Source: a virus
Lineage: Duplodnaviria > Caudoviricetes
DNA: 40,278 nt
Direction: 5' to 3' (one strand)
IMG/VR virus record: IMGVR_UViG_3300044477_000012
Coordinates: 1-40,278 of that record
The notes under the pieces were generated by a model. That model did not search any database and had not been told where the DNA came from. It worked only from the letters and a program-made list of their open reading frames with translations. Shown one piece after another: positions 1 to 7,057 of the stretch. A program made the translations under genes and the position numbers. Every line of letters begins with the position of its first letter. Position 1 is the stretch's first letter.

Positions 1-127
1 TACTCGACCAACTCGGCTACGTTAGCGTATATAGATGAGACTAACGCTAAAGTTACTGCTACTATTCGTTCGGGCAAGTTAGTTATGTGTATACTTCATG
101 TTGGCGGAGTATATAACAGTAATACAG
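1..127. repeat. Terminal direct repeat, left copy (circular assembly overlap)
   Basis: 1-127 is identical to 40152-40278; 127 is a common assembler k-mer length; an ORF reads in frame across the join. Confidence 0.97.
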
Positions 128-387
128 GATATGTGATTAACTTCAATATCGGCATAGGCAACGCAACTGCGGCTGGAACTACAAGTTATATCGGACCTGC
201 TGCTTGGACTGGCGTATGGTCAACTGATGGCTCAAGACGTATCGCTGATACTCTAGTGTTTTTCTTAACAAGCGTTCCAACCGGTTCACAGACATTTTAT
301 CCATTATGGGCAACATCGAACGCTACGGCAACTGCGTATATTGGACAGTATGGTGCATGTAGCTTAAGTGTGGTAGAAATAATATAA
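1..387 (+). CDS. 3' part of the tail fibre / receptor-binding protein that starts at 39660 and wraps the circle (292 aa in total)
   Basis: Position 40152 (= position 1) is a codon start in the 39660 frame and is in frame with ORF 85..387; no stops; beta-rich C-terminus. Confidence 0.75.
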   Translation, partial: YSTNSATLAYIDETNAKVTATIRSGKLVMCILHVGGVYNSNTGYVINFNIGIGNATAAGTTSYIGPAAWTGVWSTDGSRRIADTLVFFLTSVPTGSQTFYPLWATSNATATAYIGQYGACSLSVVEII

Positions 388-398
388 AGGAGAAAATT

Positions 399-764
399 AT
401 GAAAATTGAAGTAGGTTCATTCACACTAAACTCAAATCCGTATACGTTTTATTTTGATGACGCAACACTACAGGCAAAAGCTATAGTATTCGTATCAGGT
501 AAGGATTCTTCAACTGGAACTAACCTGTCAATCGGTATTTCAGACGGAGCTAATGAAAGATGTATCTCGACACTATATGACACGTCTAAAAAGACCGATT
601 TTGCTACGCAGGCAGTTCTTCATTACTTGAACGTAAGTGGTACTCCAACTGTAAAATTAAACGCCACTGGAGTTGACTTGTCGGTAGCTGGCGAATGCAC
701 CATCGGAACAGTGTCTAACTATGACGCAACAATACCAATCATGTATATTGTAATCGGGGAATAA
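399..764 (+). CDS. Small beta-rich protein, probably virion/tail-associated
   Basis: 121-aa ORF; AAGGAG RBS; follows the fibre gene. Confidence 0.55.
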   Translation: MKIEVGSFTLNSNPYTFYFDDATLQAKAIVFVSGKDSSTGTNLSIGISDGANERCISTLYDTSKKTDFATQAVLHYLNVSGTPTVKLNATGVDLSVAGECTIGTVSNYDATIPIMYIVIGE

Positions 765-765
765 C

Positions 766-1107
766 ATGGCACCAAAACAAACACCTGACGATGAAAGATT
801 TGTAAAACTCTATGAGTTGAAAGCTTTTATCAGTTCAAATACCGCCGAACATACCGCTATTATAAAGCAACTTACCGGAGTCAACGAAAGCCTTATTGAC
901 ATTAAAAAGGACGTTAAGGGAGTTGCTACAATAGAGTATGTTGATAACTCCATAAAACAGGCTATGGACACAGTAGATTTAAAATTTGGTCCGACTAAGA
1001 AAAGCATGAATAAACTCGCCTGGACTATCGTAGGTGGTATTATAAATATAGTTATACCGGCTATATTTTATATTCTTTCATTCGGTAATATAGGTGGTCA
1101 AAAATGA
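766..1107 (+). CDS. Membrane protein of the lysis module (helical domain plus C-terminal TM; holin/XhlA-like position)
   Basis: C-terminal hydrophobic segment LAWTIVGGIINIVIPAIFYILSF; upstream of the endolysin. Confidence 0.55.
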   Translation: MAPKQTPDDERFVKLYELKAFISSNTAEHTAIIKQLTGVNESLIDIKKDVKGVATIEYVDNSIKQAMDTVDLKFGPTKKSMNKLAWTIVGGIINIVIPAIFYILSFGNIGGQK

Positions 1108-1646
1108 CTAAATCCAACAACGATAGGAAGATAACAATAATCTGGGTAATTATGATTATAATGACTATCCAGAACTTCATATTTCTTTCTCTATTACTAA
1201 GCCAGAGGCTTGAACTACAAAACAGTGTTAAATCAGTAGTCGAAACTACCGTCGAAAAAAAAATAGAGTTACTTCAAGTTGATAAGATTGTAATTGATAA
1301 GGTTAGTGAGAAAGTCGATTCTCTGAACTTAACATCCGGTAAAGACGGTTATACTCCTATAAAATACATTGATTATTTTGACGGGGTTAATGGACGAGAT
1401 GGGATAGATGGTATTGACGGACTAGATGGAAACGATGGCTTAGACGCATATCATATATGGTTAAATAACGGCAATATCGGTAGTGTTGATGACTATTTAG
1501 CCTCTTTGAAAGGTATCGATGGACAAAACGGTCTTACACCGCTTATACGTTGTAACTCGGTTAAGAACCGCTGGGAAGTAAGATACAACGATTTTGATAG
1601 ATGGAATCTACTCAACGGCGAAATAGTGCCTTGCACAGTTAATTAG
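1104..1646 (+). CDS. Membrane-anchored protein with collagen-like Gly-X-Y repeats
   Basis: N-terminal TM IIWVIMIIMTIQNFIFLSLLL; GVNGRDGIDGIDGLDGNDG repeats. Confidence 0.7.
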   Translation: MTKSNNDRKITIIWVIMIIMTIQNFIFLSLLLSQRLELQNSVKSVVETTVEKKIELLQVDKIVIDKVSEKVDSLNLTSGKDGYTPIKYIDYFDGVNGRDGIDGIDGLDGNDGLDAYHIWLNNGNIGSVDDYLASLKGIDGQNGLTPLIRCNSVKNRWEVRYNDFDRWNLLNGEIVPCTVN

Positions 1647-1655
1647 TGGTATAAT
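1647..1655 (+). promoter_or_regulatory. Extended -10 promoter for endolysin and holin
   Basis: TGGTATAAT; ATG at 1666 lies 10 nt downstream. Confidence 0.5.
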
Positions 1656-1665
1656 GGGGGTTATT

Positions 1666-2478
1666 ATGGGTAAATGGTTACAAATCCGAGACGCTAACTG
1701 GCGAGTGCCATATACAGGCGGTTGGTGTCTAAAATATGTTCAAGACGCTTTCGGGACAGACCACCCTTACCCGCATGCCACAGCAGCCTGGCAAGCAAAT
1801 TATGGCGGCAGAAACCACACCGACCTACCACCAACTGGTAAGACTGTTGCGGTTTACTTTGCACTAGGTAATGAGCCTATGGGACACGTCGCTATCCATT
1901 TAGACGATGGCATGGTTGCTTCGTCAACACAAGGCGGAACTCACCCACAAGGCTATATACACCCTAACTTGAATAATCTGATTTCGGTTTATGGTCAGTA
2001 TAACGGTGGTTGCACTTATTTAGGTTGGAGTGAATACTGCGGAACAGTCAAGACGCTAGTTTGGGAAGATGTAAATTCAGAAACTATCAAAACACCTATC
2101 CTGAGAGACACTATTAAACAATCCGACCCTACATTAGATGTCGGAAAAACTAATACAATAGAAGGCAAAGACGGATTAAAGACTGCTGTATATACAATTA
2201 CCAAGCACGACGGCGTGGAAGTCAACCGAGTTGTGTCTAGTGAGATTATAGTTCCACCAGTACCAACGATTATTAACGAGGGGTCTAAAATCCCTGAACC
2301 TCCCGTAGAACCTCCGGTAGAGCCACCAGTAACTCCTGACGAACCGGTTATCGAGCCACCAATCCAACCAATAGGAGATAGCAAACTTATGCAAATATTA
2401 AAGACGATTATACAAACATTAAAAGTGATTATTGACTTCATCTATAACGTAATTAAAAAACTATTTGGAAAGGAGTAG
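1666..2478 (+). CDS. Endolysin: CHAP/NlpC-P60-like domain, G5-like domain, Pro-rich linker, amphipathic C-terminal helix
   Basis: GWCLKYVQDAFG (catalytic Cys) and GHVAI (His); G5 signature DPTLDVGKT..EGKDG.K...Y....DGVEV.R......PPV..II..G; PEPPVEPP repeats; next to a holin. Start set at 1666 because ATG 1654 overlaps the TATAAT. Confidence 0.8.
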   Translation: MGKWLQIRDANWRVPYTGGWCLKYVQDAFGTDHPYPHATAAWQANYGGRNHTDLPPTGKTVAVYFALGNEPMGHVAIHLDDGMVASSTQGGTHPQGYIHPNLNNLISVYGQYNGGCTYLGWSEYCGTVKTLVWEDVNSETIKTPILRDTIKQSDPTLDVGKTNTIEGKDGLKTAVYTITKHDGVEVNRVVSSEIIVPPVPTIINEGSKIPEPPVEPPVEPPVTPDEPVIEPPIQPIGDSKLMQILKTIIQTLKVIIDFIYNVIKKLFGKE

Positions 2479-2481
2479 ACA

Positions 2482-2667
2482 ATGCAGAACAGACTAAAAA
2501 GTAAAGTATTTTGGATAGCTGTCTTATCAGCTATTGCGATGTTATTAAAGGCGTTTGGTGTCTTTGAAATAAGCGACCAGGTTATCAACAGTATTGTTGA
2601 CGTAGTGTTCTCAGCACTCACAGTATTTGGTATTGCTAACAATCCAACTGACAAAAATAACTTCTAG
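2482..2667 (+). CDS. Holin (two TM segments, phiLC3-like)
   Basis: NRLKSKVFWIA...GIANNPT pattern; directly after the endolysin; AAGGAG RBS. Confidence 0.85.
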   Translation: MQNRLKSKVFWIAVLSAIAMLLKAFGVFEISDQVINSIVDVVFSALTVFGIANNPTDKNNF

Positions 2668-2678
2668 TAGGGGGCAGT

Positions 2679-2861
2679 ATGTTGACGCTAATGTTGCAGT
2701 TAATATATGACACAATTCTCTGTCTCAGCATACTTATTAGTGGTCTATTTATTATCGCGGTCTTAATGGCTGCGATATTTTTTGTGTTCATAAAAAAATT
2801 AATTAAGGGGGATAGATGGCAAAAAGTAATTGCTTTTGTGAAAAGTTTTCGTGTGAGGTAA
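2679..2861 (+). CDS. Possible small membrane protein
   Basis: 60-aa hydrophobic ORF with GGGGG upstream; overlaps the next ORF by 46 nt. Confidence 0.4.
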   Translation: MLTLMLQLIYDTILCLSILISGLFIIAVLMAAIFFVFIKKLIKGDRWQKVIAFVKSFRVR

Positions 2862-3304
2862 CAACTAAAGAAAATTTTCGCTTTCAATACGAAAAAGAGG
2901 ATAACGCTATTTGTAATGGTTATCACGTCAATGAGTCCATTGAGAACTGTCCTATTAGGCAAAGCGGCGAGTTCCAACTGAAACCGTTAAGCAAGCAAAA
3001 CAAGTTAGGCAAATACGTCTTAGACAAGGTAAATGTAAATGCTAGGAAATATAAACCTCAGCCGGAAGTTAAGCCTATGTTCTCCGATCAATATGTTGCT
3101 AATAATCATTGTGAAATCGGGCAGGCTAATACAATGGCGAATTTTGCCGGTGTTCCTATTACAAAGTCTGAAATTGAGGACTATGTTTATGCTAGAAAAG
3201 ATGAGTTCTTTATTGGATATTCCGACCAAAACATTTTAGAGATGTGCCTTGACGAAGAAAAACGACCAGCATTTAGAAAAGCTTTTAGTAATATTGATTT
3301 TTAG
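2816..3304 (+). CDS. Hypothetical protein with Cys-containing N-terminus
   Basis: 162-aa ORF; AAGGGGG RBS. Confidence 0.6.
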   Translation: MAKSNCFCEKFSCEVTTKENFRFQYEKEDNAICNGYHVNESIENCPIRQSGEFQLKPLSKQNKLGKYVLDKVNVNARKYKPQPEVKPMFSDQYVANNHCEIGQANTMANFAGVPITKSEIEDYVYARKDEFFIGYSDQNILEMCLDEEKRPAFRKAFSNIDF

Positions 3305-3305
3305 G

Positions 3306-3311
3306 TATAAT
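3306..3311 (+). promoter_or_regulatory. -10 element for gene 3371
   Basis: Perfect intergenic TATAAT; predicted start near 3318, just before the inverted repeat arm; no clear -35. Confidence 0.45.
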
Positions 3312-3318
3312 AGTTGCA

Positions 3319-3343
3319 TTGAACCTTTACATCACCGCAAAGT
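3319..3343. repeat. Left arm of a 25-bp imperfect inverted repeat flanking gene 3371..3694
   Basis: TTGAACCTTTACATCACCGCAAAGT matches the reverse complement of 3705-3729 at 22/25 positions. Confidence 0.85.
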
Positions 3344-3370
3344 ACAAGTATAGGAAAGAAGTATAAGTAT

Positions 3371-3694
3371 ATGAAAGAGTGTGCGACAAGACAGGTTTTG
3401 AAAGATTATAGAATATTAAGTGAACGCCCATTAATAGACCAAAACGGCAGAGTTTATGTAATGATAAGCCATTCTGAATTAGACAATTTAATCGGTAGTC
3501 TAATGCACTTAATGGATTTAAATAGTGACGTACAGTTTAGGGAAGCTATGAAATCAGAAATTAAGATGAGAACTCGCCAATGGTTAAACGACGAGTATTG
3601 TAATTCAGGATATGAATATAATGCCTACATATCAGGTGCGAAAGTCATTGGTATTGGTGATGACTACGAATTAGTCATCGACACAGCTAAATAA
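3371..3694 (+). CDS. Hypothetical protein (stand-alone cassette)
   Basis: 107-aa ORF with its own -10, flanking inverted repeat and downstream terminator. Confidence 0.65.
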   Translation: MKECATRQVLKDYRILSERPLIDQNGRVYVMISHSELDNLIGSLMHLMDLNSDVQFREAMKSEIKMRTRQWLNDEYCNSGYEYNAYISGAKVIGIGDDYELVIDTAK

Positions 3695-3704
3695 TAAATT
3701 AATC

Positions 3705-3729
3705 ACTTTGCGGTGATTTAATGGTTTAA
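3705..3729. repeat. Right arm of the inverted repeat
   Basis: ACTTTGCGGTGATTTAATGGTTTAA. Confidence 0.85.
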
Positions 3730-3736
3730 GCTATCA

Positions 3737-3762
3737 TAACGCTCTAGGAGCGTTAATTTTTT
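3737..3762 (+). terminator. Intrinsic terminator between convergent genes
   Basis: TAACGCTC-TAG-GAGCGTTA followed by ATTTTTT. Confidence 0.6.
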
Positions 3763-3829
3763 AAATACGATAACTTATACTACTTTTGGTCTAAAACGTG
3801 TCCTACGACACGCTAGGTATCGAAAACGA

Positions 3830-4057
3830 CTAGTTATGATAATATATACCATCAAGTTTTTTATTAAAACGATAATTAGACTCTTTTGCTAATCTATTCC
3901 AATTTTTCTTGTTAATTTTAGCCTCTTTTTTAGTGGTTTTTAAATCACTCGGTCGAGGATTAAAGCATTTATGGCAGAAATAGTTACCGGATTGACCGTA
4001 AATTAATTCACCATTAGGTATTTCTTTGTGGCATATTTGACATTTTATTGTTTCCAT
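3830..4057 (-). CDS. Small zinc-finger protein
   Basis: CQIC...CHKC, basic C-terminus; AAAGGGA upstream. Confidence 0.65.
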   Translation of the reverse strand: METIKCQICHKEIPNGELIYGQSGNYFCHKCFNPRPSDLKTTKKEAKINKKNWNRLAKESNYRFNKKLDGIYYHN

Positions 4058-4066
4058 ACGGTTATA

Positions 4067-4231
4067 TTATCCCTTTTTAAACTCAACGGCAATATCTATT
4101 TCAGTTGCTCCGTTATCTATTAACCACTTACGAGCTTTTATGGCGGTAGAATAGTCTTCATAGACTTTTGAGCCTGGTTTATCGTCTTTATCTAGCCAGC
4201 TAAGAATATATTTACCAGTATATTTTTTCAT
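4067..4231 (-). CDS. Hypothetical 54-aa protein (not in ORF track)
   Basis: MKKYTGKYILSWLDKDDKPGSKVYEDYSTAIKARKWLIDNGATEIDIAVEFKKG; RBS AGAAAGGA 5 nt before the ATG. Confidence 0.7.
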   Translation of the reverse strand: MKKYTGKYILSWLDKDDKPGSKVYEDYSTAIKARKWLIDNGATEIDIAVEFKKG

Positions 4232-4487
4232 AATATCCTTTCTTTAATTTTAACCATTAGACCGCCTTTCCCGAGCTATGAACTAGGGATTAGTATTTAT
4301 AAACCTTCACATCATACCTAAACTCTTTCAACTTCCCGATCTACTAGAGGGTATTATCTCGAACTGTATAGACATCGCAATGGCTAGGTTGACGTTTAGG
4401 CGGTAGTTAATCAGAGCCTAGACTTAACGTCATCTACAAGTTCTTCAGCAGTTTTATGATTGGCTGCAAACAATTATGTAAAGTGGC

Positions 4488-4516
4488 TTGCAAAAATATT
4501 ATCAAACTGCTATAAT
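4488..4516 (+). promoter_or_regulatory. Sigma70 promoter driving a short antisense RNA
   Basis: TTGCAA-17 bp-TATAAT with TG extension. Confidence 0.75.
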
Positions 4517-4522
4517 GTAAGT

Positions 4523-4570
4523 AATTTGATAGTGCAATACTAAGAACTGCCAACTAGGTGGTTCTTTTCT
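4523..4570 (+). ncRNA. Candidate cis-antisense RNA of about 48 nt
   Basis: Starts 7 nt after the -10; ends in hairpin AAGAACTGCC-AACTA-GGTGGTTCTT plus T-rich tail; two G:U pairs favour this strand; no ORF. Confidence 0.55.
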
Positions 4571-4612
4571 TATCTTTATTTTTACCCCCTATCACAATTT
4601 GATAGTGCAATA
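4523..4612. repeat. 17-bp perfect direct repeat AATTTGATAGTGCAATA
   Basis: Copies at 4523-4539 and 4596-4612. Confidence 0.9.
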
Positions 4613-4622
4613 GAGTAATTTC

Positions 4623-4651
4623 ATTATATGTTATTTTATTGACTATTTCAA
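4623..4651 (-). promoter_or_regulatory. Leftward sigma70 promoter for the 4231/4057 operon (leader about 385 nt)
   Basis: Minus strand TTGAAA-17 bp-TATAAT. Confidence 0.75.
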
Positions 4652-4686
4652 CGCGCTAATTCTTATTCTGTGGAGAAACTGCGAAC

Positions 4687-4795
4687 AAAAAAACTACGCC
4701 AGGGTGGGCAAAGCGTAGTTTCGTAGTGTATTTTGTTTTTCTTGAAAGGGCTTACGATCTCGTCTCTTTACCCATCGGCAAAGTAAGTTTCGTAC
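4687..4795 (-). ncRNA. Candidate small RNA of about 110 nt (sRNA2)
   Basis: Own promoter; hairpin CUUUGCC-GAUG-GGUAAAG pairs fully only on this strand; ends in terminator AAACUACGC-loop-GCGUAGUUU-UUUU; no ORF. Confidence 0.55.
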
Positions 4796-4801
4796 AATAT
4801 G

Positions 4802-4829
4802 ATTATAGCATAACCGGCATAAAAAACAA
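4802..4829 (-). promoter_or_regulatory. Leftward promoter of sRNA2
   Basis: Minus strand TTGTTT-16 bp-TATAAT with TG extension. Confidence 0.65.
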
Positions 4830-4880
4830 GCCCACCTAGCTGAAAGGGCTATCTGCAAAGAAGCTTACTAGGTGGTTTGT
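4821..4880 (-). ncRNA. Candidate small RNA of about 60 nt (sRNA1)
   Basis: Starts 7 nt after a -10; stem CCACCUAG/CUAGGUGG followed by a U-tract; loop contains AGCCCUUUCA. Confidence 0.5.
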
Positions 4881-4886
4881 ATATAT

Positions 4887-4915
4887 ATTATATTGCCATT
4901 GTAATATTTATCCAA
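4887..4915 (-). promoter_or_regulatory. Leftward promoter of sRNA1, overlapping the rightward early promoter
   Basis: Minus strand TTGGAT-17 bp-TATAAT. Confidence 0.55.
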
Positions 4916-4927
4916 AAGTAGTATAAT
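4899..4927 (+). promoter_or_regulatory. Rightward early promoter of the recombination operon
   Basis: TTGTAA-17 bp-TATAAT; AATGAAAGGGTT leader; ATG at 4960. Confidence 0.75.
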
Positions 4928-4959
4928 TCTAGTATATTAACTAATGAAAGGGTTAAAAA

Positions 4960-5571
4960 ATGGTGCAAACAAGCAAAGAAATAGATAAACTTAAACTACA
5001 GCTTGATATTAAGCAAGTTACTCGAACTACATCGTTATTAAATGAAAACCAAATTCAGAAGATTTGGAACTCAACACCAGATAGATATAAATATTCACGA
5101 CCAGCAAAAGGAGGTGGTAACTGGACTTATATTAAAAGTTCTTATGTCCGTAAAGTCCTTGATAGCGTGTTTGGCTTTAACTGGTCATTTGACATTGAGA
5201 CATCTTTAGGCGAGGCGTTTGAAATCGCCAAACTTACAAAGGTATGTGTAGTAAAAGGTAAGCTTACCGGACGAGTTAAACACGATGGTGAGTGGATTGA
5301 ATTATCTAAAACACAATTTGGTCGAGCCGAAGTCAAAATGAAAAGAGATAGTAACGATCCACTAGACTTTGGCAACAATATGAAAGCCGCCACATCAGAC
5401 GCACTTAAAAAATGTGCCTCATTATTCGGAATTGGCGCAGATGTTTATGAGGCCAGTGAGTTCCAAGAGATTGAACTAATTGGTTCTGAAGAAAACTCTG
5501 ACAGAGCCAAACTTACAGCAGATCGAGTGAAAAAATTAAGTAAAGAACTTACAGTGGAAGAAGTAAAATGA
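4960..5571 (+). CDS. sak: Rad52/Sak-like single-strand annealing protein
   Basis: GGGNWTYI..SYV...LDSVFGFNWSF and KAATSDALKKCASLFGIG.DVY, the Rad52/Rad22-family motifs. Confidence 0.85.
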   Translation: MVQTSKEIDKLKLQLDIKQVTRTTSLLNENQIQKIWNSTPDRYKYSRPAKGGGNWTYIKSSYVRKVLDSVFGFNWSFDIETSLGEAFEIAKLTKVCVVKGKLTGRVKHDGEWIELSKTQFGRAEVKMKRDSNDPLDFGNNMKAATSDALKKCASLFGIGADVYEASEFQEIELIGSEENSDRAKLTADRVKKLSKELTVEEVK

Positions 5572-6005
5572 TAACTCTAAATTACGAAATCAACGAAGAA
5601 GAGTTAGCCAAGACTATTAACGAGGCCATCAACTTAAACGATAACGATCAGATGTTTGGCAATTTATGTGAAGTTAAGCGCGCTAAAAAAGACCTTGAAG
5701 AAGCATTAGAAAAACTAGATACTATCGAGTCAATCGCAAAAGGTTTTATCGACTCAAAAGCAAGGCAACTATATGGTAATGACTGGCAGACTATCGTAGG
5801 AAAAGGCTATAAAATTACTCGCTCATCAACTGGTAATGTATATGTAAGAAACCCTGATATTCCGGTTAATAAAAAATTTCTAAAAATTGTCGAAAGTCTA
5901 GACACCAAAGCGATTGACGCAGAACTTGAAAAAACACAGAAGCTACCTAAGGGAATTGAAGTCAATCCTAGTCGCGGAACTTCAATCAGAATAACGCTTA
6001 AATGA
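5568..6005 (+). CDS. Hypothetical recombination-module protein (coiled-coil N-terminus)
   Basis: 145 aa; ATGA overlap; C-terminal LPKGIEV...SIRI recalls Gp157/Gam-like proteins. Confidence 0.6.
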   Translation: MITLNYEINEEELAKTINEAINLNDNDQMFGNLCEVKRAKKDLEEALEKLDTIESIAKGFIDSKARQLYGNDWQTIVGKGYKITRSSTGNVYVRNPDIPVNKKFLKIVESLDTKAIDAELEKTQKLPKGIEVNPSRGTSIRITLK

Positions 6006-6571
6006 AAAAAACATTGAAATTAAGTTACTCGATTATAAGTCAGTGGCAGGCCGGAAAGTATGAAGAAGCTATTGCTACATATCTAGGCAAACCATTTCCG
6101 GCTACTCCAGCTATGGAACTAGGTAAACTTTATGACCAGAAATGGAACAAGTATATTGAAGAAACTGGCGAATTACCAAAAGAGCTCGGCGGTGGGAAGT
6201 TAGACAATCCGCGCGTTCAGGTTAAGTATGCTGTTATTCTACCATTAGGCGATGACTACCAGATTCTATTTAGGGGTGTTCCAGATATTACAGAGCCAAC
6301 AATCATAACTGATAATAAGTGTGGTCGCACAGAAGCTAATGCTTATGTATCTAAAAAGCAATTAGATAGCTACTCGTTATTCATACCAGAAGCTACTACG
6401 GGAATTTACAGGTGTTACAATCCATACCTCGACACATTAACTGTTGGGGTAAAGTTCTTAAATGAAGAAACCCGAGAAAACGCCATTAACGATATAATAA
6501 CTACTGGCGGCGAGATACTAGATTATTTACTAACTCAGAAGTTATTTATAGATTATAAGGAGACTAAATAA
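6002..6571 (+). CDS. PD-(D/E)xK-superfamily exonuclease-like protein
   Basis: LSYSII, TPAMELGK, RGVPD...ITDNKCG, QLDSYS; adjacent to the annealase. Confidence 0.7.
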   Translation: MKKTLKLSYSIISQWQAGKYEEAIATYLGKPFPATPAMELGKLYDQKWNKYIEETGELPKELGGGKLDNPRVQVKYAVILPLGDDYQILFRGVPDITEPTIITDNKCGRTEANAYVSKKQLDSYSLFIPEATTGIYRCYNPYLDTLTVGVKFLNEETRENAINDIITTGGEILDYLLTQKLFIDYKETK

Positions 6572-6648
6572 TGCCATTACTTTGTGATACGAACCAATTA
6601 GACGAAGAAATGTTAGATAAGGCGATTGATAAATTAGATGAAAATTGA
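6571..6648 (+). CDS. Possible 25-aa mini-protein
   Basis: MPLLCDTNQLDEEMLDKAIDKLDEN; AAGGAG RBS; TAATG coupling. Confidence 0.4.
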   Translation: MPLLCDTNQLDEEMLDKAIDKLDEN

Positions 6649-7012
6649 TAAAGCCGACGAGTATTTTTCAAAGTATGTCCGACTGAAGCAGGGCAAATGC
6701 CAACGTTGTGGCTCATTAGTTAAGTTTAATGGTAGAGGCGATCCTATATCGCACCAATTAAGCCATTTTCAAGGTCGCAGGAAAGAAGCAACTAGATTTG
6801 ATTTGGACAATGCTGATACATTATGTGGTGCTTGCCACCTTTATTTTACGGCCAATCCATACGAACACGTTCAATGGCAGGTTAGGGTTAAAGGGCAAAA
6901 ATTAGTCGATGAGGTAGTATTCCGGTCTAACCAATACGTTAAAAAAGATCGCAAAATGGCAGAGATGGTGTGGAAAAAGGCATATAATGGCCTCTTGAAA
7001 GAAAAAAAGTAG
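6638..7012 (+). CDS. NinG/Rap-like HNH endonuclease
   Basis: D..FSKYVR...CQRCG...SHF.GR...ATRFD.DN...LC..CH. Confidence 0.8.
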   Translation: MKIDKADEYFSKYVRLKQGKCQRCGSLVKFNGRGDPISHQLSHFQGRRKEATRFDLDNADTLCGACHLYFTANPYEHVQWQVRVKGQKLVDEVVFRSNQYVKKDRKMAEMVWKKAYNGLLKEKK

Positions 7013-7022
7013 CTTAAGCCTA

Positions 7023-7051
7023 TTGACTTTATTAAACGCTCGTGCTATACT
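7023..7051 (+). promoter_or_regulatory. Strong early sigma70 promoter
   Basis: TTGACT-17 bp-TATACT with TG; shares GCTCGTGCTA and downstream AATCAATGAAAGGGTT with the promoter at 14096. Confidence 0.85.
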
Positions 7052-7057
7052 GAAGCT

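Noticed and set aside
1-127. 127-bp terminal repeat as a biological DTR or att site
   Set aside because: It falls mid-gene and equals a standard assembly k-mer; Sf6-like TerS and PBSX TerL suggest headful packaging of a permuted genome.
3319-3729. Inverted repeat as IS/MITE ends or retron a1/a2 arms
   Set aside because: No transposase, target duplication or reverse transcriptase seen; kept only as an RNA or cassette feature.
4700-4872. GCAAAG..AG.TT.CGTA units spaced 70-77 bp apart as a mini CRISPR array
   Set aside because: Only three short degenerate copies, no 25-40 bp repeat and no cas genes; better explained as parts of the small-RNA units.
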